IMG/VR virus record: IMGVR_UViG_3300025009_000108
Coordinates: 1 to 61,177 of that record
DNA length: 61,177 nt
Source of the DNA: a virus
Lineage: Duplodnaviria; Caudoviricetes
Direction: 5' to 3' (one strand)
Positions 8,129-16,775 of the stretch are shown here, one piece after another; position 1 is the first letter of the stretch, and every line of letters starts with the position of its first letter. The position numbers were made by a program, and so were the translations under genes. The notes beneath the pieces are model-generated. The model had not been told where the DNA came from, did not search any database, and saw only the letters and a list, made by a program, of their open reading frames with translations.

Positions 8129-8256
8129 GGTTTCCTTTTACGATAATGGAAATCTTGTGTCAACCAAAAAATATTACGAAACATGAAAAGTTTTGCTTGA
8201 CAGGCAAAAAACGGCTTGATAGATTGCGACCATCAAACTGAAAAACTTTAAGGAGG
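8129..8256. promoter_or_regulatory. Divergent early promoter region
   Basis: + strand TTGACA(8197)-17-TAGATT; - strand TTGACA(8163)-17-TAAAAG. Confidence 0.7.
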
Positions 8257-8263
8257 GAAACCA

Positions 8264-8500
8264 ATGCGAAAAGTTATTATCGAAAAAGAAAATGAACAAA
8301 CAGTTTTGCTAGAAAGTATTACCCCAGCGAAGCCCATTTTTGCTGTGCGCAACGGCGGAATTGTTGGTATGATAATTTGCGAAGAGAGGGGATATATTCT
8401 CAGATACCCAACCGGGATTGGCGCCAATGGGCACCATCCGAGCATTCTCAAATGTGTTGAGTCTGTTGGAAAGCTCGGATTTAGTTTTGTGACAGAATAG
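8264..8500 (+). CDS. Hypothetical protein
   Basis: AAGGAGG RBS; first gene of the rightward operon. Confidence 0.75.
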   Translation: MRKVIIEKENEQTVLLESITPAKPIFAVRNGGIVGMIICEERGYILRYPTGIGANGHHPSILKCVESVGKLGFSFVTE

Positions 8501-8503
8501 TCC

Positions 8504-8704
8504 TTGTGGCGGCGGTGCAACGGAAATGCGCCAGCGGGTGACGACTTACCGCAACCAATCTTTGAGTCGTGTGGGCCACGAGAACCAACCTTCGCCCTTT
8601 AATTCGTGTAAGTTGCGCGCGTTCCTGTGGAGTCTGCGGACGTTGAAACAGGTAGCCACTAAACAACTTACAAACCGTTCCGGCGAGAACCTGGCCCGCC
8701 ACAA
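8504..8704 (+). ncRNA. Putative tRNA-like structured ncRNA, copy A
   Basis: 9-bp closing stem TTGTGGCGG/CCGCCACAA; T-arm-like CCGG-CGAGAAC-CTGG; internal 8-9 bp stems. Confidence 0.6.
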
Positions 8705-8901
8705 ACAAATACAGAACGCTTTTGGCATTAAATTGGCCTCTATCGCGTGGACTCTGGTAGCCGGATAGCCTGACTCCGGCAAAACCCAACGGCTGGCGGT
8801 GAGCCAATATATCCGGTGGTCTAACAAAAGAAAGAGCAAGCGACTTCTCATATGCGTTACGGAGTGCCGGCGCAGAAGTAACAGTTGAACAGGAGTAAGC
8901 C

Positions 8902-9552
8902 ATGCAAGAAAGGCCCATATTGTTCAGTTCTGAAATGGTCCGCGCTATTTTGGACGGGCGAAAAACGCAAACTCGCAGGATAGTTAAGCCACAACCAACC
9001 GAGCATCACCAATTCAAAAGTGTTATGTATGGGCATGAAAAGTTGGGGGGAAAATTCTCCGAAAGTGTGTTCCCAAAATGTTTTGTAAAACTTGTTGAGT
9101 GCCCATACGGAGTCCCGGGAGACCGGCTCTATGTTAAAGAGGCTTGGCAGACGGGAGAAAAGCTTGATGATATGAACGCTACCGAAATGGAGTCAGCGGC
9201 CCAAGAAGCAGGATACGAAAACGGGCCGTATGGCCCATTGTGGTATCCTGCCGATGGATCATATCGTCAATGGGGAGAACGCGACGCAATTGATTTCGGC
9301 AATCCCGGCCGCAAACGCTCATCAAGATTCATGCCCAAATGGGCAAGCCGGATAACGCTTGAGATAACGGAAGTTCGAGTTGAGCGGTTACAGGAAATCG
9401 GCCAAGGGTCGGCATGCGCCGAAGGATGCCCGACGCTAAATGAGCCGATAGAGTGGTTCAGCGTTCTTTGGGATTCAATAAACGGAAATATATACCCATG
9501 GGATAGCAATTGCTGGGTTTGGGTAATCTCATTCAAAAGGATAAAGCCATGA
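8902..9552 (+). CDS. ASCH/PUA-like phage protein
   Basis: ERPILFSSEMVRAILDGRKTQTRR...CPYG..GDRLYVKE...FMPKWASRITLEI...WVWVISF. Confidence 0.8.
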   Translation: MQERPILFSSEMVRAILDGRKTQTRRIVKPQPTEHHQFKSVMYGHEKLGGKFSESVFPKCFVKLVECPYGVPGDRLYVKEAWQTGEKLDDMNATEMESAAQEAGYENGPYGPLWYPADGSYRQWGERDAIDFGNPGRKRSSRFMPKWASRITLEITEVRVERLQEIGQGSACAEGCPTLNEPIEWFSVLWDSINGNIYPWDSNCWVWVISFKRIKP

Positions 9553-9767
9553 ACGCCTACGAAGAATTGAAAGAATCCATCTCAAAAATAGAGGGCCTTT
9601 CAGTATCGGCCAGGGAGCTGACCTACTCGGTGATAGCCAACGCCGAACTTGACGAAGGCCACCTGGGGATTGACGCGCACGCAAAGCTGCAAACTGTCCG
9701 TAACCTAATGACCACGGCTAAGGAGTGCGCCGTATCGGCTATCGATATTTTAACTGAAGACGAATAG
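9549..9767 (+). CDS. Hypothetical protein
   Basis: ATGA-coupled to the previous gene. Confidence 0.65.
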   Translation: MNAYEELKESISKIEGLSVSARELTYSVIANAELDEGHLGIDAHAKLQTVRNLMTTAKECAVSAIDILTEDE

Positions 9768-9780
9768 GGGGAGAATTAAA

Positions 9781-10539
9781 ATGGAAGAATCAAAGCAGTG
9801 CGATGTTGTCAAGTCTGTGCCCATGTCACTTGTGGGCAAGTCTCCGGCCGCCATCGCCATGGATGCCATGGAGCGCGGATATGGGAAAGAGGCACTTGAA
9901 GTACTTGAACGGATGCTTGAACTCCAGATCAGGTATGACGCTGTAGAGGCTAAAAAAGCCTATGTGGCGGCCATGTCGGCGTTCAAGGCAGACCCCCCAG
10001 AGATCATCAAGGACAAATCCGTTGGCTATGAAGCGAAGGGATCTAAGGTCGGCTACATGCATGCCAGCCTTTCAAACGTTACCGACAAAATCAACAAGGC
10101 CCTAAGCAAGAACGGATTATCAGTTGCGTGGACCACCGCACAAACCGACAAGGGAGTATGTGTTACATGCACCATAACTCACATCATGGGGCATTCCGAA
10201 AGCACATCGCTGACTGCTGGACCGGATACGACCGGGAGCAAGAACTCTATTCAGGCAATAGGAAGCACCATTAGTTACCTTGAACGCTATACGGTGTTGG
10301 CCCTTACCGGGCTTGCCACGCGCGATATGGACAACGACGGAGCTGATGAAAAAGAAACCATTTCAACCGACCAGTCCACAGAGATAAACGACCTGATAAA
10401 CTCAATCTATGGTGCAAATGCCACCAAAGGCCTTGCATGGCTCAAGACGGCGTTCAAGGTAAACGCTGTAGAAGATCTGCAAGCTTCTAAATACAACGAT
10501 GTTATAACGGCCCTAAACAGTGCAAGGGGGAAAAAATGA
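9781..10539 (+). CDS. erf: ERF-family single-strand annealing protein
   Basis: QAIGSTISYLERYTVLALTGLAT.D.DNDG. Confidence 0.9.
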   Translation: MEESKQCDVVKSVPMSLVGKSPAAIAMDAMERGYGKEALEVLERMLELQIRYDAVEAKKAYVAAMSAFKADPPEIIKDKSVGYEAKGSKVGYMHASLSNVTDKINKALSKNGLSVAWTTAQTDKGVCVTCTITHIMGHSESTSLTAGPDTTGSKNSIQAIGSTISYLERYTVLALTGLATRDMDNDGADEKETISTDQSTEINDLINSIYGANATKGLAWLKTAFKVNAVEDLQASKYNDVITALNSARGKK

Positions 10540-11147
10540 TTGAGATATTTGATTCGTTCGAACAACGATCAGATGAATGGTTCGAAAAATGCCTTGGCTC
10601 AATAGGTGGTTCGAGCATCAGCAAGGTTGCAGCCAAGGGAGAGGGAAAGCAGCGCAAACAGTTGCTTTATGATATGGTTGGGGAGATCATATCCGGAAAG
10701 AAAAAAGAATCGTACACCAACCAATATATGCAGCTTGGCACTGAAAACGAGTCTGAGGCGCGAGACTATTACTCGTTGATAACCGGAAACGAAGTGCGCC
10801 AGGTTGCCTTGATTAAGGACTACCCACATAAGCATGTATCTCCTGACGGGCTTATCGGCGATGACGGAATGCTTGAAATCAAGAACGTGATACCATCTGT
10901 GTTTGTTGAGTACAAGATTACGGGCGCCATACCAACCGCCTATCGCAGACAAATGCAATGGGGCCTTTCTCGTTCTGGAAGAACATGGTGCGACTATTCT
11001 GTATATTGCCGCGACTTTGTTGGCAAGTGCGATCCGATATCAATCGTTCGCGTTGAGCGTGATGATAAGGAGATACGAGAACTTGAATTGGAGGCAGGTT
11101 ATTTTATCGAGGAAATGCTCTCACTCGTAAACAGGATAAGGGGGTAA
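10536..11147 (+). CDS. YqaJ/lambda-exonuclease-family protein
   Basis: EQRSDEWF, SPDGL, LEIK, QMQW. Confidence 0.92.
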   Translation: MIEIFDSFEQRSDEWFEKCLGSIGGSSISKVAAKGEGKQRKQLLYDMVGEIISGKKKESYTNQYMQLGTENESEARDYYSLITGNEVRQVALIKDYPHKHVSPDGLIGDDGMLEIKNVIPSVFVEYKITGAIPTAYRRQMQWGLSRSGRTWCDYSVYCRDFVGKCDPISIVRVERDDKEIRELELEAGYFIEEMLSLVNRIRG

Positions 11148-11148
11148 C

Positions 11149-11319
11149 ATGACAACAGCAAGGCAAGACCAAGACTTTGTCGGGCAGTTGATACCAAGCG
11201 ATCTTCTTGAGCAGTCCATTCAATGGATTCAAGACAACATGGAAATTGAAGACGTTTTCACATGGAAACAAATAGAATACTGGCTATCACAAAACGGTTA
11301 TCATCAGCATGAGGAGTAA
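11149..11319 (+). CDS. Hypothetical protein (56 aa, below the ORF track cut-off)
   Basis: MTTARQDQDF...; fills the gap exactly between neighbours. Confidence 0.65.
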   Translation: MTTARQDQDFVGQLIPSDLLEQSIQWIQDNMEIEDVFTWKQIEYWLSQNGYHQHEE

Positions 11320-11320
11320 C

Positions 11321-11593
11321 ATGAAACCAAAAACGAATTGGAACGGACTAACCGAAGAGTCTAAGGAGACTTTCTTCACTTTCTTTATGTGGTGCGAGTT
11401 TGGGCGTACTTCAGACGGTGGCAGACCCAAGACGTATTTAGAATGCCCTAACGGCACAATATGTAATTTTAGTTTATGTCACGTCCTATTCCCGTCAAAA
11501 ATGTCTTACTTATGTCCATGCCAAACTTACGGCAAGGATGCTTTTACAGCACTAAAGCAATGCCTAATCAAAAACGGATGGATTGAGGAATAA
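11321..11593 (+). CDS. Cys-rich hypothetical protein
   Basis: GAGGAG RBS. Confidence 0.65.
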   Translation: MKPKTNWNGLTEESKETFFTFFMWCEFGRTSDGGRPKTYLECPNGTICNFSLCHVLFPSKMSYLCPCQTYGKDAFTALKQCLIKNGWIEE

Positions 11594-12016
11594 ATGATCG
11601 AAGCCACCCTATACCGCAAACGAGATGTGTTCATCCCCATGACAGAGGACGACAGGCAGCTATGCCATGACATAGAAGAAGGCGTCCCGTTGCGCGGCAA
11701 GTTCACAAGGAAGAAGGTTGACCAAAGGACTGTAGATCAAAACAAAAAAATGTGGGCCATGCTATCAGATATTGCAAAACAAGTGAATTGGTACGGGAAT
11801 TACTTGACCAAAGAAGACTGGAAAGATATACTTTCGGCATCCCTCAAGAAACAAAAAGCGGTCCCAGGCATCAACGGAGGGTTTGTTGTACTTGGCGCCA
11901 GAACTTCTAAAATGTCCATAAAAGAAATGATTGATATGATAGAATTGATGTATGTGTTTGGGGTTGAACATAATATTGTTTGGACAAAAAAGAAATCTAT
12001 GGAGGATTACGAATGA
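11594..12016 (+). CDS. ninB: NinB-family recombination protein
   Basis: RTVDQNKKMWAMLSDIAKQV.W...EDWKD...VPGINGGFVVLG.RTSKM. Confidence 0.9.
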   Translation: MIEATLYRKRDVFIPMTEDDRQLCHDIEEGVPLRGKFTRKKVDQRTVDQNKKMWAMLSDIAKQVNWYGNYLTKEDWKDILSASLKKQKAVPGINGGFVVLGARTSKMSIKEMIDMIELMYVFGVEHNIVWTKKKSMEDYE

Positions 12017-12330
12017 AAAAGACAATCACCCTACTTATCACCATCGCACTTTTCACCGCCTGCACAACATTGCAGGCCCAGGAACCGCAACCGGCAAAGG
12101 CAACAGAGCAGGCGCCCTCACCTGACAAGATCCAGGCCCGCCTAAAGGTGCTCGAACCTATGGCCAAGGAAGCCTTGGAGGCAGTCAAGAAAACGCCGCA
12201 ATGGGCCGCATACGAAGTCCAGCGCAAAGAAGCGGACGATGCCGGGAAGGTTGTCGAGACAACGCCTGAATGGAAGAAATTCCGGGCCGTACAGGTGGAG
12301 CAAGAGTATCTTTTGAAACTCAGCAAATGA
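12013..12330 (+). CDS. Exported protein or lipoprotein, hypothetical
   Basis: MKKTITLLITIALFTAC signal/lipobox; GGAGG RBS. Confidence 0.7.
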   Translation: MKKTITLLITIALFTACTTLQAQEPQPAKATEQAPSPDKIQARLKVLEPMAKEALEAVKKTPQWAAYEVQRKEADDAGKVVETTPEWKKFRAVQVEQEYLLKLSK

Positions 12331-12341
12331 GGAGGCCGGTA

Positions 12342-12551
12342 ATGATTTGCGCAAAATGTGGCGAAGAAAAAGACCTCTGTCAATCTGTAAGAATAGACAA
12401 TATACAGCAACCAAGAATTTGTAAAGAGTGCTTAATGAAAACCCTGGATGGGGATAAAACAATAAGCGACTTGTTTTGGTTAATCCAACTTGGTCAAGCT
12501 GGTGATAGCGAAAGCATAGAAAATTTGAAAAGAATTTCTAACCCATCTTGA
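12342..12551 (+). CDS. Zn-finger hypothetical protein
   Basis: MICAKC...ICKEC; GGAGG RBS. Confidence 0.65.
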   Translation: MICAKCGEEKDLCQSVRIDNIQQPRICKECLMKTLDGDKTISDLFWLIQLGQAGDSESIENLKRISNPS

Positions 12552-12604
12552 AACTAAGCAAATAGAGCTACCGGCAAGGCAGGGGTAGCCATGGAGGAAA
12601 GCAG

Positions 12605-12817
12605 ATGACAACAATAGCTGATTTAGTCTTAGACAACGGAGAGTTGGTTAGACTGGAATGCAAGGATTCGGACCAAGACGAATTTTACGAGTCGATAGGA
12701 GACTGTCTGAAGCGCCGTGATTGGTGGAGTCCGGAGCGTTTTGTTGGATGCAAGGCCACATACCTAGGGCATTATCTGGATCGCGTAAACATGGCCCGCG
12801 TAATAGGCATGATGTAG
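12605..12817 (+). CDS. Hypothetical protein
   Basis: GGAGG RBS. Confidence 0.7.
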   Translation: MTTIADLVLDNGELVRLECKDSDQDEFYESIGDCLKRRDWWSPERFVGCKATYLGHYLDRVNMARVIGMM

Positions 12818-12844
12818 TGGCCATCGATCTTCCACAAAAACATA

Positions 12845-12879
12845 TTGACAAAGGTAAACTTACAAGGTAATATCGAGTC
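12845..12879 (+). promoter_or_regulatory. Sigma70 promoter with internal AAGGTAA direct repeats
   Basis: TTGACA-17-TAATAT, then ATG after 6 nt. Confidence 0.7.
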
Positions 12880-13029
12880 ATGAAAATAAAACTCAAAACA
12901 CAATTGAAATGCAGGCGCTGCGGTCACAAATGGAACCCTCGCAAGACAGAAGTGCGAATTTGCCCTCGATGTAAATCGGCTTGGTGGGATACAGCTAAAA
13001 CAGGTAGTAATACAAAGGCCGTGCAATGA
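12880..13029 (+). CDS. 49-aa Zn-finger protein (CRRCGHKW...CPRCKSAWWD)
   Basis: Translated by hand; ATGA-coupled to the next gene. Confidence 0.75.
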   Translation: MKIKLKTQLKCRRCGHKWNPRKTEVRICPRCKSAWWDTAKTGSNTKAVQ

Positions 13030-13325
13030 CCCCACGCCCAAAACAAAAAGTTACCCGTCTTCACGGCAAGGCCGAACGCGAACTTCGTCGCCAAGTCTAC
13101 GAACGCGCAATGGGCATATGCCAAGAGTGCGGAATATTCGCACCTCTTTATGACCAAGACGGTAACTTCAATTTATGGACCTGCGGACACCGTGCCCACA
13201 TCAAGAGCAAGGGTTCTGGAGGAGAAGACAGTCTGCAAAATTCTCGCTGGCTTTGTTATGGATGTCATATCAACAAAGAGCATGGCCCGAAGTGGTCAAA
13301 TAGCCCAACCAAGCGCGAAACCTAA
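13026..13325 (+). CDS. HNH endonuclease-family protein
   Basis: CQECG...HRAHIKSKGSGGED...N..WLCYGCH. Confidence 0.85.
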   Translation: MTPRPKQKVTRLHGKAERELRRQVYERAMGICQECGIFAPLYDQDGNFNLWTCGHRAHIKSKGSGGEDSLQNSRWLCYGCHINKEHGPKWSNSPTKRET

Positions 13326-13389
13326 CGCGCCCAACACGGGCCGTAATTGAGATGAACGCATGGCCCATGGAAACTTTAAAGGAGGAAGT

Positions 13390-13635
13390 ATGAAAGAGAT
13401 CAACAAATTAACACAGGTGCAGATGAAATTATTTATATGCACGGCATTAGACACACAAGGAAAGAGAATTCCACACACCGTCATAGTAAAAACTACTGGC
13501 CTTGGTTACGTTGAGGCGATGTTGGAACAAGAATTACTTAATTTAGATAATTATAAAATTGAGGAAATGCAGGATGAACGCGGTATTATGATTTTATTGT
13601 ATGAATCTGAGCCGTTTGTAGAATTAATATCTTAG
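13390..13635 (+). CDS. Hypothetical protein
   Basis: AAGGAGG RBS. Confidence 0.65.
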   Translation: MKEINKLTQVQMKLFICTALDTQGKRIPHTVIVKTTGLGYVEAMLEQELLNLDNYKIEEMQDERGIMILLYESEPFVELIS

Positions 13636-13652
13636 TGGAAAATAACCTTTTA

Positions 13653-13782
13653 GATGGCGGCACGGCGGAAATGCGCCTGCGATATGTAGGAATCGCACAA
13701 CACCGTACTACGATGCCGGGCCTGCGGGCGGGTAAGGAATTATAACCAGGCCAAGACCGTGGCGTTGAGAACACGCACCATC
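13653..13782 (+). ncRNA. Putative tRNA-like structured ncRNA, copy B
   Basis: GATGG/CCATC closing stem; CGGAAATGCGCC shared with copy A; GCGT-TGAGAAC-ACGC arm. Confidence 0.55.
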
Positions 13783-13801
13783 GAAACTTTAAAGGAGAGA
13801 T

Positions 13802-13999
13802 ATGCATACGCAGCCCATTCCAGAAAGCGAAGGAACTTTTCAGGAGCCAAAAACAATTACCGCCTACTGCCGAAAGTGCAAGAAACAACAACCAATCACT
13901 TTCGCGGTGTGGGAATCAAGTTGCGGCGGTTACGAGGATAACAAATTTACCTGTAGCGTTTGTGGCCATAGTTGGTGGGTGGACGGACCAGATTCTTAA
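13802..13999 (+). CDS. Zn-ribbon protein
   Basis: CRKC...CSVCGHSW; AAGGAG RBS. Confidence 0.75.
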   Translation: MHTQPIPESEGTFQEPKTITAYCRKCKKQQPITFAVWESSCGGYEDNKFTCSVCGHSWWVDGPDS

Positions 14000-14254
14000 T
14001 CAACCAAAATCCAGGCCTGCGAAGCGAGAAGCTATGAAGCAGAGGCGAAAGCCATCCTAGTGGCGGATAAGCCTGAATGCGCAAAGAAAGGTTGGTAATT
14101 ATGAATCTTTACTTGGAGGGGGTGGGTATGGAAGACTGGAATAACAGTAGTGAAGATATTGTATTATACTGTTTTTTCGTGTCAACCATACTTAACACTA
14201 GATCGCAATTTAATAATATTATTATTTATATGTTTACTTAAATAGGCTAATACT

Positions 14255-14446
14255 ATGCTATGCTGTGGCTGTAATAAGTTAATAAGCTCACATGAAACAT
14301 TTTTAGTTCTTAAAATACCCACGATAGCTAATGATGGTGTTAAAAACATTTTAAGATTTGTTTGCCACGATAGCTCTTTTTGTGAGGAAACTATAAGAAA
14401 TGAGGTCTCAAAGTTTGAGACTCCAAACGATACATCAACGCATTAA
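14255..14446 (+). CDS. Hypothetical protein in an AT-rich patch
   Basis: ORF only, no clear RBS. Confidence 0.4.
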   Translation: MLCCGCNKLISSHETFLVLKIPTIANDGVKNILRFVCHDSSFCEETIRNEVSKFETPNDTSTH

Positions 14447-14636
14447 GGTTTAGGAGGCAGCATGCCAGAGGAATTAATCCTGATAACAGAATTGGTATGC
14501 GGGCAAATAGCATTCCCGTACTCCAACGGATTAACCATCTACAAGTCTACTGAAACCGAGTATAAAGTATTTGTTTCAAACGGATGGTTTGAATACCTAC
14601 CGGAAACCTTGGGATGTTTTGATAGGAGGTAAAGCC

Positions 14637-14765
14637 ATGACCCAAGAAGACATTCTTGAAATTCTCTGGAACTCACTCCCAGAGTGGAGGAAGGAACAGC
14701 TCCGGCGACAAGACGATTACGAAGTCGTAAACGGTGAGATTGTGGAAAAGGAGGTAAATCCATGA
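14637..14765 (+). CDS. Small hypothetical protein (MTQEDILE...)
   Basis: AGGAGG RBS; part of a chain of coupled small ORFs from 14462 to 14881. Confidence 0.6.
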   Translation: MTQEDILEILWNSLPEWRKEQLRRQDDYEVVNGEIVEKEVNP

Positions 14766-14877
14766 CAGAATTCAAGCCAAAGCAAGACCAGCGTGTGATT
14801 TTGGGGGATTCGTTGGAGAATATGCAGCCGTATAGTTGCGATAAATACGGATACACAAGCGATTGGGAGGAAAGGAC

Positions 14878-15414
14878 ATGACCTTCAACCCATCAAGAGT
14901 ATCAGACATGCCAACAATAGACCTCGCAGACATGCCACTTTCTATATCAAGCCCATGCGATTACGGAATAATAAAAAGCCCATGCATGTGCCGGCCAGAT
15001 ACAGGCGTTCCATGCGGGCTACTACCAAAAGATAAGAACCAACCATTTTGTGCCGGATGCAAGTTCACTGGTAACGGGCGCATGGTTTATACCGGATCTG
15101 GCCACGACAACGAAATTATTCACGAATATTACATACGCCGCCAAAACCAGGCGAAACGCTACGGCCGCAGAGAGATTAAAGAGAGAAGGGTATGTATGTG
15201 GCCCGGATGTTCCCATATGATGCACCAGAGATGCAAACCTACAGATCGGTACTGCAAGGAGCACGGAGATAGGTACAGGCATCGGATAAGGCAGTGGGGA
15301 AGGCAGTTCCCTGGCCGGCCAGTTGATATGGATTGGGTATATCGTGACATAAAAGATTATGGTATTATGAAGAAAAAACTACAAAAAAGCTTTTCACCCG
15401 CAAATAAACCATAG
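14878..15414 (+). CDS. Cys-rich hypothetical protein
   Basis: ATGA coupling; CMWPGC...YCKEH. Confidence 0.65.
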   Translation: MTFNPSRVSDMPTIDLADMPLSISSPCDYGIIKSPCMCRPDTGVPCGLLPKDKNQPFCAGCKFTGNGRMVYTGSGHDNEIIHEYYIRRQNQAKRYGRREIKERRVCMWPGCSHMMHQRCKPTDRYCKEHGDRYRHRIRQWGRQFPGRPVDMDWVYRDIKDYGIMKKKLQKSFSPANKP

Positions 15415-15498
15415 ATAGGACTGTTCGGTGCAGAATAGCGAGTGCCCCATACATCCGGGTGAGTGTATGGGGCACACATAAAATGCGGAGAACTTCGA

Positions 15499-15696
15499 AT
15501 GGACATCATGACAAAAACAATCAAGCATTACATAGAGCGTTGCCACAAGGATGGAAAGCGTCCGAAGGTTTCTGATATAGCGAAAGCCTTTGGCATATCT
15601 TGTGATGATGTCAGGGATCACTTGGCCGAAATACGGTCGCAAAGAGGAGACGGCGTTAAGGACTTTTTCTCAAGCGTATTTGGTTGGAAAATATAA
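15499..15696 (+). CDS. Small HTH DNA-binding protein
   Basis: RPKVSDIAKAFGIS...VRDHL (LexA-like winged HTH pattern). Confidence 0.55.
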   Translation: MDIMTKTIKHYIERCHKDGKRPKVSDIAKAFGISCDDVRDHLAEIRSQRGDGVKDFFSSVFGWKI

Positions 15697-15703
15697 CCAG
15701 TCG

Positions 15704-15868
15704 TTATTCTATTTCCTGCTCACACCAAGTAGCCCCACACTCCGAACATTCAACTACAGCTCTTTTTGGCCCATCGTATATCCAAAGTTTTATTAGGGTG
15801 CATCCACACTCACATGTAAGCAAATAGGCTTCTGATGTTTCTTCGGATATATTAATTATCTTTGCCAT
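15704..15868 (-). CDS. 54-aa Zn-ribbon protein (MAKIINI...CECG...CSECG)
   Basis: Translated by hand; starts 2 nt after the previous stop. Confidence 0.65.
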   Translation of the reverse strand: MAKIINISEETSEAYLLTCECGCTLIKLWIYDGPKRAVVECSECGATWCEQEIE

Positions 15869-15870
15869 AC

Positions 15871-16761
15871 CTAGTCCAACATTATTTTGTCTATATCTTG
15901 TATCTGCTGATCTCTAACTTTTACCACAAAGTAGCCAAGCTCAACAGGATCGTACCCAGCCTTTTCGGCATACCCAACCATGCCATCATCTCCGTAAGTC
16001 TTAAGGAAAGAACCGCAGCATAGGTAATGCCTATGATCTGGATGTATAAAGTGGCCCACTCTGACAGACTGACCAGTATAGCCGCTTTTAAGTTTTCCAC
16101 TGTTTGATTGTAAATAAAACTCAACGGTAGGTTTGCAATAAATCATCTTGTGCCAATGGCCGCATGACATTAGAGCGCAGTCTCCCATTTTAGGCTTTAA
16201 TCTGTCCTTTAACCCCAATTCTATGTTGTTTTGGCGCTGTTTAGGGTCTTTAGCGGATGATGACGGAGCGCTCTTTCCTCCGGCATGGGCGGCGAACTGC
16301 TTTAATATTAGGTTGCCTTTAAAATCTACATAGTTGATAACACATGAAGCGGTTCCATATTTAACGCCTCCATCTCCTATGTCATTGCAAACAACCTCCG
16401 TTAGGCCTGGCTTTCCTGGTCCAAACCATTTCCATAATTTCCATGCGTGATTACCGTCAAGAACTGCTACAATATTTTTTTGGATTGGTTTTAGGTTGCG
16501 CTTGCATTGCTGCATTTGTTCATGAATAGCGGCTTGTGTTGTGATACCATCGTAACGTTTGTCATCAACCATTATGCCTTCAACTATATCTCCGTGGTGG
16601 ATGACATAGTTATTCCATGGCTGAATTTCATCGTACTTAGATCTGACCTGATTAACCATGAAGTCCCAACCTTCATGGTGTCTTAAAAAACTTCCTTCGT
16701 GATCGTCTGTTATTAGAAAAAGATTGAAACTGTCTGGAACCTCCTTGTTTATTATTATCAT
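15871..16761 (-). CDS. Calcineurin-like metallophosphoesterase
   Basis: DxH, GD, GNH, H and GHxH motifs in order. Confidence 0.85.
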   Translation of the reverse strand: MIIINKEVPDSFNLFLITDDHEGSFLRHHEGWDFMVNQVRSKYDEIQPWNNYVIHHGDIVEGIMVDDKRYDGITTQAAIHEQMQQCKRNLKPIQKNIVAVLDGNHAWKLWKWFGPGKPGLTEVVCNDIGDGGVKYGTASCVINYVDFKGNLILKQFAAHAGGKSAPSSSAKDPKQRQNNIELGLKDRLKPKMGDCALMSCGHWHKMIYCKPTVEFYLQSNSGKLKSGYTGQSVRVGHFIHPDHRHYLCCGSFLKTYGDDGMVGYAEKAGYDPVELGYFVVKVRDQQIQDIDKIMLD

Positions 16762-16775
16762 ACGCTTCCTTTTGG

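Noticed and set aside
8504-8704. Canonical tRNA or tmRNA
   Set aside because: No anticodon arm, no CCA end, no G3-U70 Ala-type ends and no tag frame recognised
8481-8918. ORFs 8481..8918, 8526..8768 and 8546..8851
   Set aside because: They have no RBS or recognisable motifs, and the region is better explained by RNA stems
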